64,000 nt of DNA from Microcoleus sp. (GCA_052279835.1 CP181291.1:608001-672000), one strand, 5' to 3'. Positions 39,216 through 49,651 are shown, numbered from the stretch's first letter. Numbers and translations: made by a program. The notes: a model not told the origin generated them from the letters alone.

Positions 39216-40157
39216 TTACCTTCCACGTTCCGAGGCATCTTTGGGAATCGATCGCCTGTACATTTCGCACAAATGAGCGATGACGTCAATTAGAGTCAAG
39301 CGGTAATCCAGCAATATTTCTTCGCTGCGCCCTTCTAATTTGAGTTGCTTGGCAAACTCGTCCATCAATTCCATGTGAATTTCTACAACTTGAGTCACCG
39401 CAACATCCGCAAAAAAAGCTATATTCACAAATTCATCTATTTGATTATTTACGGCAGTATCTTCAGAAAAATAACTCAAAACAATTTTTCGATAAATTAA
39501 CTTGAATTGCTCCAAAAATTTGGGCTTTTCTTCCTGAGACAGATTACGCAAAAAATTCTGGGAATTTCTTTTATAATACACACCTAAGTATCCTAATCGC
39601 TCCCGCAATTTTTCAGCAAGTCGGCGTTGCTGTCGTTGTAGTAAACTTTGAGCAGTTAATTGTGCCGTTGCACCTACCTTGGCGGATTGGTCATCTAAAG
39701 GCACCGGAGTAGAAAGTTTCAAAAATTGGGCGATCGCCCGATCGATACTGGCTGCAAGTTCGTCCCATCGATCGATTGGGAGTTGCACCTCAGCAGCATG
39801 GTAAAAAAAAGAGCAACTTTGCTGTTGATTCAGTTCGGGGCTAGTTACCAACGGATAGCAGCCATAGTCCGATGTCCGTGGCACTTCCTGCGTCTCATCA
39901 TCTCCGGGCTTGGTCGCAAAAATCACAGCCGGTAAAAAGATCGATCGCTCTTGGAGCTTACCCGTCAGAGAGCGGAGTTCCCCATCTACTTCTAAAACCA
40001 AACAGTCTAGGTGGTAATTGTGCTTTAGGTATCCAAAAAACTCGCTCTCCGACTTAACCTGCGTCAAAGCATAACGTCTGCCCCGCAAAACCTCGATCGC
40101 AAAGCCTGCGAGTTCCTCTGACTGGACAAAGATACATATAGACAGTTGGGGAAGCAA
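39216..40157 (-). CDS. kaiA: Circadian clock protein KaiA (full length, with N-terminal pseudo-receiver)
   Basis: RLAEKLRERLGYLGVYYKR, HMELMDEFAKQL, DYRLTLIDVIAHLCEMYRRS. Confidence 0.98.
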   Translation of the reverse strand: MLPQLSICIFVQSEELAGFAIEVLRGRRYALTQVKSESEFFGYLKHNYHLDCLVLEVDGELRSLTGKLQERSIFLPAVIFATKPGDDETQEVPRTSDYGCYPLVTSPELNQQQSCSFFYHAAEVQLPIDRWDELAASIDRAIAQFLKLSTPVPLDDQSAKVGATAQLTAQSLLQRQQRRLAEKLRERLGYLGVYYKRNSQNFLRNLSQEEKPKFLEQFKLIYRKIVLSYFSEDTAVNNQIDEFVNIAFFADVAVTQVVEIHMELMDEFAKQLKLEGRSEEILLDYRLTLIDVIAHLCEMYRRSIPKDASERGR

Positions 40158-40552
40158 AGCTGTAGGTGAAACATTTAAGTTGCCTGAAAATGGTGGATCG
40201 CTCAGAGTTGATATCTCCTTTACAAAACACTTAACATTTTAACAATCATCGCAACATTTATGTTACCAATCTTAACTACAAAATTGGTGACAACCTTGTA
40301 ACAGAGGGATAATAAAACTGTAGTCCTTTGCTGCTAGCTCAAGCACCCCCAGCGTGATTTCTGCAATTAAGCTTAAGCCTGAAAATAGGTGCTAGTAGCC
40401 CCAAATCAAGCACTGGCATCGAACTGGCGGGGATCGGTCAAGCCTCAAGGTGCCTTAGCAGACTGATATAAAACAAATTAGATACAGAAATCGGCAGCTA
40501 CATTGGGTCTCAAAAATATTACTGCTCAGGGGAGCAGACTCTCAGGTTCGTT

Positions 40553-43500
40553 ATGCCACAAACCCGCCCTAGTCTCCAAAATTTTATCGAGCCAGTGCCA
40601 CTGTGCAGACCGACAGCTCAGCTAAAAACACTGCGGTCAATTTTTAGTCAGGGCAACTGCGATCGCATCGCATTAGTCAACGAACAACAACAGCCCCTGG
40701 GATTAATATATCTCCGCAGCCTCATGCCCCTGGCAGACCAAGACCAGAAATGGCAACAACCCCTGTCAGAAAACCCGATCGCGATCGCTCCCCTCAGAGC
40801 AGTACCCGCAGATTGGAGCGTCAGCGAATTCTGGCAATACCTGCAAACAGCAGAAATTAACCATTTCTCGGACCAGGGCAAAATGGAGGGCAGAGCCGTC
40901 GATACTCCCATCGCCCTCACCAATTCCGAAGGCAAATTTTTGGGACTTATAAACAGCCTCAGCCTCCTGCAATTCGTCGCCCACAGCAACTTCATCCCGA
41001 TCTCCACCGCGGCGGAATACAGCATCAAAGCTCAAGAAACAGCAGCCAGAGAGCCGGTACATTCAGCAATGGCCAGCGCCCTAGACGCTCAATTACGCTT
41101 TCTCGAAGCAGGACTCAAACCCTCGGAAAACCTCAATTCCCTAGTCCAACTCCTGGAAAAACTGCCCCTACCCCTGAGATTGCAAACCCCCACCGGACAG
41201 ATAGTCAGTCAAAACGCAGCGTGGCGGATTTTACTAGGAGCAGGCCCCGAACCAGTCCCAGAAACAGCAGTCAATCGCAATCGCTCATCTCCCCATCTAC
41301 CTAGCCCAGAGCCGAATAAATATAATAGTGCCCCAAGTTTAGCCATCTCCCCAGAATTCAGAAGCTTAGTAGGAGTAGGTCCAGCGGGCGATCGCGACTC
41401 CACCGCACCCACCAGTTGCCCCCTACCCCTCTACGCCGCCGCCTCCCCATCCACCTTAACCAGCCCAGCCTGGTGTCCCATCGCAGGCAAACCAGACACC
41501 TACATTTGCGACTGTCCAGTCCAAAAAGGTCAAGAACGAATCTGGCAATTTGTCAAACAGCCACTCTCGGACAACCTAATTTTAGTCATGGGACAAGATG
41601 TCACCGAAGAACATTTAGTCGCCAAAGAACTAGCAGCTAAAAATGCCGACTTAATTCACCTCAACCGACTAAAAGACGAATTTTTATCCTGTATCAGCCA
41701 CGAGCTCAAAACCCCCCTCACCGCCGTCCTCGGTTTGTCCAGCCTCCTCAAAGATAAATTAATCGGAGAACTCAACGATCGCCAAACTCGCTACGCCAAA
41801 CTCATCCATCAAAGCGGGCGACACTTAATGACCATAGTCAACGACATTTTAGACCTGACCAGGATGGAAACCGGGCAGCTAGAACTAATTCCCGAACCAG
41901 TCGAAATTACCGCAGCCTGCCACAGAGCCTTTGAACAAGCCAAACAACTCCAACAGCAAGAAGAAAAATCCCCATCAAAATCCGAGGTAACTACCGCCAA
42001 CCCAGGGGAAGAATCCCCCATCCAAACCGAATTTATACTCGAAATCGAACCGGGACTAAGCCACTTAATCGCCGACGAACTGCGGTTGCGACAAATGCTC
42101 GTCAACCTGCTATCCAACGCCCTCAAATTCACAGAAATTGGTGGCAAAATTGGCTTAAAAGTAAATATTTGGGAAGGCTGGATTGCTTTCACAGTTTGGG
42201 ACAACGGCATCGGCATCCCAGCCGACAAACAGCACCTCATATTTCAAAAATTCCAACAATTAGAAAGCCCCTTAACTCGCCGATTTCAAGGAACCGGACT
42301 AGGACTGGTACTGACTCAACGTTTAGCTAGGCTCCACGGCGGAGACGTTTCGTTTATTTCCTCAGAAGGTCAAGGTTCTCAATTTACCTTACTCCTGCCA
42401 CCAAATCCTCCGGGAAACACTAGAGAAGATGTCGCAGAATATCCAGACATAGAGCCAGAATTATTAAAACCAAAATATCAGTACCCGATCGCCAATTCTC
42501 GCTCTCGCCTCGTATTAATCGTCGAAGCAGTTCCCAAATATATCGAAGATTTAACCAAAGTTCTTACGGGTTTAGGTTATCAAGTAATCGTCGCCCGTTC
42601 CGGCACCGAAGCACTGGAAAAAGCCCGCCGATTCAGTCCCCAAGTGATTTTCCTGAACCCGTTGTTGCCACTGTTGTCGGGCTGGGACGTGCTGACACTG
42701 CTCAAGAGCGATCCAGATACTCGATCGATACCAGCCATCATCACAGCCACCAGAGGCGAAAAAGAACGGGCCTCCGTCAACCGAGCCGAAGGCTTTTTAA
42801 GCTTACCCGTCACAGAGCCAGCCTTGGGAATGCTGCTGGGCAATTTGATCGGACACCCCGATGGCAATATCGGCAATGTGAGAAGTTGTTTGACTATTTT
42901 GTGGCTGTGCCCGCAGAACAGTGGCTCCCAAGGCTCATCTTTATTGCTCAACCCTACCTACTGCCGGGTTTTAGAAGCAGATGACCTCGGTCAGGCCGAA
43001 CTGGTGGCCCGTATCTGGCGTCCCGATGCGATCGTTTTGGACGGCACAAACCAACTGCAAAACCCTTTAGCTTTTATCAAACAGTTAAGTCAGTCTTCGA
43101 GTTTGGGTTTTCTGCCTTTAGTAACTTTAGATCAGGCAACTACACAAGTGGCAAATCAAGTCCAGGGACTGTCAGTATTTCCGTGTTTAGCCACCGACAG
43201 CGACACCTCCGACAGTCCTTTAGTAGCCTCTGCTTTGTGGCAAGTTATTCAAGTAGCGGCTGGGATGAGTTGGAAGCCCAGCATTTTATTTGCTGATATT
43301 TCGACCTTACTGGACTTGCAGCAAAATATGAGGGAAAATCAGGAGCTAGCCGCCGAAAATGCAGATTATCGAGCGAAAAAATTCGATTTTCCTATTCATA
43401 ATTCTGAAAATTTTGCCCCTAACTTTCAAGCTTTGATTCAGTACATCCAAACCGCAGGATTTCGAGGTTCAATTGCTCTCCATTGGAGGGAAGTTTTGCA

Positions 43501-43786
43501 GCAGTTGCAATATCAAAGCGTGGACTTAGTTTTGCTTTGCTTGGGAGACAGACCCTCGGAATCCCCCAGTGTGTTGCCAGCGCTATCAAGTCTGCGAGAA
43601 ATGGCAACAAAACCGCCGATATTAGTTTTGGATTATCGGTGTAGTACAAATTCCGAATCGGAGGCGATCAACTTTCTACTACAAGAAGTAGGTGCTAAAA
43701 TTTTGCCTTCTTCTTTATCAGCAGCCCAATTGTTAGAGAAAATTCAACATAGCATCCAGGCAAGGGCAAAGATTCATAAAAATTAA
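40553..43786 (+). CDS. Hybrid histidine kinase with CBS-like N-terminus and degenerate C-terminal receiver domains
   Basis: ISHELKTPL, NLLSNALKF, GTGLGL; first receiver-like domain has VIFLNP (Asn at the phospho-Asp site). Confidence 0.88.
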   Translation: MPQTRPSLQNFIEPVPLCRPTAQLKTLRSIFSQGNCDRIALVNEQQQPLGLIYLRSLMPLADQDQKWQQPLSENPIAIAPLRAVPADWSVSEFWQYLQTAEINHFSDQGKMEGRAVDTPIALTNSEGKFLGLINSLSLLQFVAHSNFIPISTAAEYSIKAQETAAREPVHSAMASALDAQLRFLEAGLKPSENLNSLVQLLEKLPLPLRLQTPTGQIVSQNAAWRILLGAGPEPVPETAVNRNRSSPHLPSPEPNKYNSAPSLAISPEFRSLVGVGPAGDRDSTAPTSCPLPLYAAASPSTLTSPAWCPIAGKPDTYICDCPVQKGQERIWQFVKQPLSDNLILVMGQDVTEEHLVAKELAAKNADLIHLNRLKDEFLSCISHELKTPLTAVLGLSSLLKDKLIGELNDRQTRYAKLIHQSGRHLMTIVNDILDLTRMETGQLELIPEPVEITAACHRAFEQAKQLQQQEEKSPSKSEVTTANPGEESPIQTEFILEIEPGLSHLIADELRLRQMLVNLLSNALKFTEIGGKIGLKVNIWEGWIAFTVWDNGIGIPADKQHLIFQKFQQLESPLTRRFQGTGLGLVLTQRLARLHGGDVSFISSEGQGSQFTLLLPPNPPGNTREDVAEYPDIEPELLKPKYQYPIANSRSRLVLIVEAVPKYIEDLTKVLTGLGYQVIVARSGTEALEKARRFSPQVIFLNPLLPLLSGWDVLTLLKSDPDTRSIPAIITATRGEKERASVNRAEGFLSLPVTEPALGMLLGNLIGHPDGNIGNVRSCLTILWLCPQNSGSQGSSLLLNPTYCRVLEADDLGQAELVARIWRPDAIVLDGTNQLQNPLAFIKQLSQSSSLGFLPLVTLDQATTQVANQVQGLSVFPCLATDSDTSDSPLVASALWQVIQVAAGMSWKPSILFADISTLLDLQQNMRENQELAAENADYRAKKFDFPIHNSENFAPNFQALIQYIQTAGFRGSIALHWREVLQQLQYQSVDLVLLCLGDRPSESPSVLPALSSLREMATKPPILVLDYRCSTNSESEAINFLLQEVGAKILPSSLSAAQLLEKIQHSIQARAKIHKN

Positions 43787-43911
43787 CCTAACCCTCGGAC
43801 TAGGGTCTCAATCGCCATTAATATAATCTAGTCCGGCGAGGCTGATGCGGAGAATTATAGGTTATCATAGGCGATCGAGAAACCTTTATATTTTTTGCTG
43901 GGGCTGCTCGC

Positions 43912-44787
43912 GTGCCTAATCGGATTCCTCTAATATCTCTGCTACTCGCCCTCGGTTTGTGTACAATGCCCAAACCCGTTGTCGCCCAGGCACTCCTGCC
44001 TTACACCCTACAAATCGACTCTGCCCAACTCGAACAAACAGCCTTGAGCCTGGGAGAAGAAGCTGTCCAGCTAGCCAGACTCCAGCAGTACCAACTCGCG
44101 GTACCCAGAGCCGAACTCGCCACACAATTAGCCCCTAAAAATTCTCAAGCTTGGACTTTGTTAGGCGGCTTGTACCTTCAAGTTGACCAGTTGCAAAAAG
44201 GCATTGACGCTTTGCAACAAGCTCAATCTCTGTCGCCGGAAAATCCTGCAATTAAATTTGTCTTGGGGGAAGCTCATTTTCGCCAAGCCAACTATGAAAA
44301 AGCAGTGGAATACTTACAAGCAGGGTTGAAGTTAAAACCCGATAATCCGGGTGCATTATTTGATTTAGGCAATGCTTTTTACAAGCTTAAACGATTGGAC
44401 AATGCGATCGCCCAATATGAAAAAGCCTTTGCTTTAGAAAAAAATCTCTGGCCCGCTCTCAACAATATCGGATTAGTCAAATACGAAAAGGGAGATGCCG
44501 ATGGCGCGATTAAAGGTTGGGAACAGGCGATCGCGATCGACAACAAAGCAGCCGAACCAATGCTAGCTCTAGCAGTAGCATTGTACGGCAAAGGCGACAA
44601 AGAAAAAGGCTTAGCGATGGGAGAAGCGGCTCTGAAACTAGATAAACGCTATGCTACTGTAGATTTTCTCAAAGAAAACCTCTGGGGCGATCGTTTAATC
44701 GCAGCAACCCAAAAGTTCTTAGATACTCCAGAAATGAAAGCAGCACTCACTAAAATTCAAGACTCACCACCTTCGGGGCAAATTTAG
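43912..44787 (+). CDS. TPR-repeat protein with signal peptide
   Basis: Hydrophobic N-terminus ending VVA-QA; repeated TPR motifs (AWTLLG, FVLGEAHF, FDLGNAFY, LNNIGLV). Confidence 0.9.
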   Translation: MPNRIPLISLLLALGLCTMPKPVVAQALLPYTLQIDSAQLEQTALSLGEEAVQLARLQQYQLAVPRAELATQLAPKNSQAWTLLGGLYLQVDQLQKGIDALQQAQSLSPENPAIKFVLGEAHFRQANYEKAVEYLQAGLKLKPDNPGALFDLGNAFYKLKRLDNAIAQYEKAFALEKNLWPALNNIGLVKYEKGDADGAIKGWEQAIAIDNKAAEPMLALAVALYGKGDKEKGLAMGEAALKLDKRYATVDFLKENLWGDRLIAATQKFLDTPEMKAALTKIQDSPPSGQI

Positions 44788-44900
44788 CATTTCCAAGTCT
44801 GTTGAAACTGAGATGTTAAACTAGGATTCAATAACCATTTTATGGGCAGGACTTCCAGCCCTCCCTACCAAAAAACTCCCTCTTTGCGGAACAGGCATCT

Positions 44901-45022
44901 GGGAGCATCCCGATTTTGCATAGGCGAAGCATGACCGCAGACAATTTATTAGTGATAACCAGAGATTTACAGCGGTCATGCTTCGCCCCTACGAATATAT
45001 TTGCACTCATTGAGATTCACCC
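44901..45022. mobile_element. ~122-bp MITE-like insertion with 8-bp target-site duplication, containing a REP doublet
   Basis: AGGCATCT at 44893-44900 and 45023-45030; imperfect termini GGGAGCATCCC/GAGATTCACCC; internal 16-bp IR GGCGAAGCATGACCGC (44923-44938, 44972-44987). Confidence 0.75.
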
Positions 45023-45058
45023 AGGCATCTTGCCTGTTCTTGAGAAGAATACAACATA

Positions 45059-48000
45059 TCACGATCGACTTACTTCCACTGCCCCCAGTGTTTTGAGCAT
45101 CGCCCCAGTCGCCTCAGTTACACCTTTAACACCTGCAATATTTAATCCTTCATAAGGTTTCGGAACAGGCAAAGTTTTGATACAATCACCCGTTACAGCA
45201 TCCCAAAACTTAATCGTCTCATCTTGACTGCTACTAGCCAACATCTGCCCATCTAAACTAAAAGCAACACACCACACCCAATTTTCATGTCCCCGCAGAA
45301 CTTGCAAGCAATCATTCGTCCTCGCATCCCAAACTCGTAAAGTTCGATCGTGACCGCCACTCGCCAAGAGTGTACCATCATGATTGAAGATTACCGATGA
45401 CACAATACCATCATGTCCCTCTATGCTGGTCAGACATTCTCCGGTATTGATATCCCAAAACTTGATGCTACCGTCACTGTTGCTGCTTGCCAAAATATTA
45501 CCGTCAGGACTAAAGGCAACAGACCAAACCCAACCGCTATTTCCCATCAAAGTGCTTAAGACTTTCCCTGTACTGACATCCCATAACTTCACCGTCTTAT
45601 CGGTACTCGCAGAAGCCAGGATATGACCATCAGGACTAAAAGCAACTCCCATCACCCAACTCTCATGCTCGGTACAATTATAAAGACATTGCCCTGTGCT
45701 AATATCCCATAGTTCGATCGTCTGGTCTTCACTGAAACTTGCCAATATCTTGCCGTCGGGACTGATCGCGGCTCCCCAAACCCAAGCAGAATGACCCTCT
45801 AAACTTTTTAGGCATTCTCCAGTCATAGCATCCCATAACCTGACAGTAGTGTCAGAGAATCCACTCGCCAACAAGTCTCCATTCGGACTAAAGGCAATGG
45901 ATTTCAATCGATTAGTATGTCCATCCTGTATGCTTTTAAAACACTTCCCGGTTTTAATATTCCATAATCTCACGGCGCGATCGCTACTAGCTAAAGTTTG
46001 ACCGTCGGGTGAGAAAACTACCGAATTTACTGGATTGCTTTGCCCCAATACTGTTTTCAGACAACGACCTGTTTTAACATCCCACAGTCTCACCGTACAG
46101 TCTTCACCAGTGCTAGCTAAAATTTTGCCATCTGGACGAAACGCGACGGCTGAAACCCGACTGGTGTGTCCTTGGAGTGTTTTTAGACACTCACCCGATG
46201 CCACCTCCCACAATCTCACGGTGCTGTCTTCGCTGCAACTTGCTAAAATCTGAGCATCTGGACTAAAAGCAACAGACATTACTATTTGTGAGTGTCCAGA
46301 GCAAATCCTAACGAGTTCACCCGTGTTAATATCCCAGATGCGAATCAAAGCATCATCACCACCCCGGGCTACAGTTTTACCATCTAAACTGAAAGCCACC
46401 GATCGAATTTGACGACAGTCACTCTGAAACATTTTCAGGCATTGTCCCGTAACAACATCCCACAATTTAAGTATGCCGTCATCACCGCCACTAGCTAAAA
46501 TATTACCTTGAGGACTAAATGCGATCGACCAAGCCTGACTTTTGTGTGCCGGCAAAGTTAGCAAACATCGTCCATTACTCCAATCCCAAAAACGCACAGT
46601 CCCATCACCGATGCCACTAGCAAGCATCTTGCCATCGGGACTGAAAGCAACTCCCAGCACACTGCTATGATTTCCCTGCAATATTTGACGAATCGACCAA
46701 CTGCTAACATCCCAGCAATTAATCGTACCGTTACTACCGCCAGTAGCAAAGGTTTTCCCATCCGGACTAAAAGCAACAGATAACACAATGCTGCCGTATT
46801 CTTTGCCAGTTCTCAGCAGCCTAAATTCTGGCATTTGCCACAAGTGAATCTCACTATTCGTATCACTCATTGCTAAAAGTTTTCCATCCGGGCTAAAAGC
46901 GATTGACAAACCGCTTCCCAAAACTTCAGCGAAAACAGAATTAGTTAAATCTGCCCCAGCAAAGTTGACACCATGCAAATTGGTATCAGCTAAATAAGCT
47001 TGCCAAACAGTCAAATGAGAAAAATCCCAACCGCTTAAATCTGTCTGCATTTGACACAATAGATTTATAATATTACCCGCAACATAGCCAGTTTCTAGTG
47101 TGGGTTTACCGCGCAGGGATGCCAGAATGGGTTTGAGTTGGTTTTCGATAATTTGCTGGCGTTGGAAAGAAAAAAAAAGGCGATCGGCAATAGGTTTGAG
47201 GAGCAGACTTGCTTGCGTATCTCTAATGTATTCTTTAGCTGTAGCTTTGAGAATAGCGTGGCTTCTGAGAATATCAATTTTGCTGGTGGCGATTTCAGTG
47301 CAGACTTGTTCGATTAATCGTTCCGTCATGTATTCCATGACGACAGGTTGTTGAGTGTAGCCCTCTGAGGTTTTTTCAATCAGAGAATGTCTCAGGAGAG
47401 AACCTAAAACTTCTAGTAATTCTTTGACAGTTAATTTTGCTACTAAATCTTGTTGTAATTCGGCCACCGAGACTGGCTCCCGATTAATAGCCAGCCAGTA
47501 CATCACCTTTTTTTCTAAATCTAATAAACGATTAAATTGCCTGTCTAATAGGTTGCGAATATCATCAAACACTAAAGTTCCTTGATTTAAAAGTTCTAAA
47601 AATTTGGGGAGGCTACTATCAAAAAAATCGCGAATAGCGGGAGCGACCATTTTTAATGCTAGGGGATTTCCTCCATAGTGAGATATCAAAATATCCCATT
47701 CGGAGTCCGACCCTTGAAAAGAACCGATGCGTTGAAAAAAAATCCGTGCTTTAGGAGTGCTTAAACCTTTCAGTTGTAATGAACGAACAGGCAAAGTTTT
47801 GCCTTCTTGAGCAGCTAAACCGATCGGTTTTTCTCGACTGGTTAATAGCAGGGTACTTTTATGATTTATTTCGGCTACGCATCGCAGAAGTTGACCGTAT
47901 CCTTCATAGCCATCTCGATAACAACCAGTGCGTTCTTCTTCCTGTAGAATTGACTCGATATTATCCAATATTAACAGACACCGATGTTGTCGTAGATAGT

Positions 48001-48685
48001 ACAGCAGTCGCGAGATTCTACCATCTACGCTGTCTGGTAAATTCGTTTCCTGTTGGTGCGACAGAAACTGAATCAATTCTAGTAACAAGTCAAGGAGAGA
48101 GGGAGCATTGCAGAGACTGTGCCAAATAATATAATCAAATTGTTCTTGGATGCGTTCTGCTACCTTAATAGATAGAGAAGTTTTGCCAATTCCACCCATC
48201 CCCAACAGCGTAACTAAGCGGCAGCGATCGACAATTAGCCACTTTTCTAATAAGGCTATTTCCTCTGCACGTCCGTAGAAAATAGAAACATCAATTGCCT
48301 CTCCCCAATTAATCGATTTGTTGAGTTTTGTTAAGTCAGTTGGAGCTCGATCGGCGATCGTACTACTGCGATCGACTTGTGCGTCGATCTTGTGAGTAAT
48401 TTGGCTATTTGGTAGTGAGGCGGTTAATTGTGCCTGTTGTGCTTGCCGTCGCAAAACAGACTGAAAGTTACTCTTAGTGACTTTTTCTCCAAATACCCGA
48501 CTGAGAACTTGCCATAACTGAAAGCCAACAAACTTAATATATTCTGCATCATAACCAGCGCTTTTGGCAATCTGCGGATAAGAGTGTCCTTCCCAAGTCT
48601 GCCGCAATACCAGTATGTGAATATCGTTGAGATGTTCTTGTTTGAGAACCGAGTCGAGGAAAAGCAGTGCTTCGTCGATCGTCAT
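45059..48685 (-). CDS. STAND NTPase: N-terminal HTH - NB-ARC - pentapeptide - ~14 WD40 repeats
   Basis: HTH-like SYPQIAKSAGYDAEYIK, Walker A GMGGIGKT, Walker B LLILDN, LLTSRE, GNPLAL, many GH...VAFSPDG...WD repeats; ATG 48685 preferred. Confidence 0.95.
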   Translation of the reverse strand: MTIDEALLFLDSVLKQEHLNDIHILVLRQTWEGHSYPQIAKSAGYDAEYIKFVGFQLWQVLSRVFGEKVTKSNFQSVLRRQAQQAQLTASLPNSQITHKIDAQVDRSSTIADRAPTDLTKLNKSINWGEAIDVSIFYGRAEEIALLEKWLIVDRCRLVTLLGMGGIGKTSLSIKVAERIQEQFDYIIWHSLCNAPSLLDLLLELIQFLSHQQETNLPDSVDGRISRLLYYLRQHRCLLILDNIESILQEEERTGCYRDGYEGYGQLLRCVAEINHKSTLLLTSREKPIGLAAQEGKTLPVRSLQLKGLSTPKARIFFQRIGSFQGSDSEWDILISHYGGNPLALKMVAPAIRDFFDSSLPKFLELLNQGTLVFDDIRNLLDRQFNRLLDLEKKVMYWLAINREPVSVAELQQDLVAKLTVKELLEVLGSLLRHSLIEKTSEGYTQQPVVMEYMTERLIEQVCTEIATSKIDILRSHAILKATAKEYIRDTQASLLLKPIADRLFFSFQRQQIIENQLKPILASLRGKPTLETGYVAGNIINLLCQMQTDLSGWDFSHLTVWQAYLADTNLHGVNFAGADLTNSVFAEVLGSGLSIAFSPDGKLLAMSDTNSEIHLWQMPEFRLLRTGKEYGSIVLSVAFSPDGKTFATGGSNGTINCWDVSSWSIRQILQGNHSSVLGVAFSPDGKMLASGIGDGTVRFWDWSNGRCLLTLPAHKSQAWSIAFSPQGNILASGGDDGILKLWDVVTGQCLKMFQSDCRQIRSVAFSLDGKTVARGGDDALIRIWDINTGELVRICSGHSQIVMSVAFSPDAQILASCSEDSTVRLWEVASGECLKTLQGHTSRVSAVAFRPDGKILASTGEDCTVRLWDVKTGRCLKTVLGQSNPVNSVVFSPDGQTLASSDRAVRLWNIKTGKCFKSIQDGHTNRLKSIAFSPNGDLLASGFSDTTVRLWDAMTGECLKSLEGHSAWVWGAAISPDGKILASFSEDQTIELWDISTGQCLYNCTEHESWVMGVAFSPDGHILASASTDKTVKLWDVSTGKVLSTLMGNSGWVWSVAFSPDGNILASSNSDGSIKFWDINTGECLTSIEGHDGIVSSVIFNHDGTLLASGGHDRTLRVWDARTNDCLQVLRGHENWVWCVAFSLDGQMLASSSQDETIKFWDAVTGDCIKTLPVPKPYEGLNIAGVKGVTEATGAMLKTLGAVEVSRS

Positions 48686-48791
48686 TTCTTTAAAATTATC
48701 GGGTGTGTGAGCGAAAAATAGGTGCTTCCTGCTTGACGGCACAGGAACTTAAGCAATTATACTCAAGATAGTAGCATATTTTTCGCCCAAG

Positions 48792-48811
48792 TTATAACTA
48801 TTTATAACTAT
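48792..48811. promoter_or_regulatory. Tandem 10-bp direct repeat (TTATAACTAT)x2 in a divergent promoter region; candidate operator
   Basis: Exact repeat at one-helical-turn spacing between the STAND gene and the secreted cassette. Confidence 0.4.
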
Positions 48812-48920
48812 TTCTCACTGACGCGATCGGCGCATCCGGGTTATTTTTGAATCAAGGTTGATTGAACCAGTAAATTTCAACCTGAAAGCGACGACTATCA
48901 ACGTAAAGAGAGATTTTGAG

Positions 48921-49043
48921 ATGGGTAACTTTTTTGATGATTTTGCTGATTTTGTAGAAGATCAAGTTAGAGGTTTAAATCCTATTGACCCTAACACACT
49001 ACCTGGTCAAGCAATCCATACTATTACAAGTTCCCTAGTTTAG
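48921..49043 (+). CDS. Small 40-aa hypothetical peptide
   Basis: ATG after purine-rich GAGAGA; MGNFFDDFADFVEDQVRGLNPIDP...; first ORF of a co-oriented run. Confidence 0.45.
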   Translation: MGNFFDDFADFVEDQVRGLNPIDPNTLPGQAIHTITSSLV

Positions 49044-49074
49044 GCGATTTAATGGTTTAAAGGTCTATCTAGCT

Positions 49075-49560
49075 ATGTACGCGAAACTCTTGATTAATAG
49101 CGGAACTCTTGCAGTTCTAGCTAGTGCTATTATTTCTCCCATAGCGCTAGCGAATGAGGTTGAAACTTTTTCGTTTCAAAAGAAGATAGGGTCAGTTTGG
49201 GTTGACAACGTTACTGTCGAACAAGGAATTATTTCAGGTACCAGTCCGAGTGCTTCCGATGGTTACATTCATTGGCAAGCGGAAGGCGCACAAATCAGTA
49301 TGAATATCCGTACCCCCAGGTGTCCCAATCAATATCATACTGAAGGATCTGTGACTGTCAAATACACTAACGGTGAAGCTAAAATTACGCGCACGCTTAA
49401 AATCGGCTCTTTCCAAGAGGATAAAAAATTGACTCCTTCATGGACTGTTCGCGGCAATTATGGCAACCCTACAAATGGCAGCATCAATGTTATTACTAAC
49501 GTAACCTGTGTGCATCACGGCAACAAAGATAGCGCAATTCCGAACCCATTTGGGTGGTGA
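49075..49560 (+). CDS. Secreted hypothetical protein, beta-rich, two Cys
   Basis: Signal peptide ending ALA-NE; no family recognised. Confidence 0.75.
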   Translation: MYAKLLINSGTLAVLASAIISPIALANEVETFSFQKKIGSVWVDNVTVEQGIISGTSPSASDGYIHWQAEGAQISMNIRTPRCPNQYHTEGSVTVKYTNGEAKITRTLKIGSFQEDKKLTPSWTVRGNYGNPTNGSINVITNVTCVHHGNKDSAIPNPFGW

Positions 49561-49651
49561 ATATCGCTTTTTGGTTATCTGGAATAAGAGAGAGCGATCA
49601 CCCGTCAGTTGGGACAGATTGGTATGTTCGGTCTACTGAATAGGATATTTT

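Noticed and set aside
40553..43786. Calling this kinase CikA or SasA
   Set aside because: No GAF domain (CikA) and no KaiB-like N-terminus (SasA) are recognisable.
45059..46900. Diversity-generating retroelement or hypervariable WD40 array
   Set aside because: No reverse transcriptase or template repeat in the window, and the WD40 repeats look diverged rather than near-identical at DNA level.
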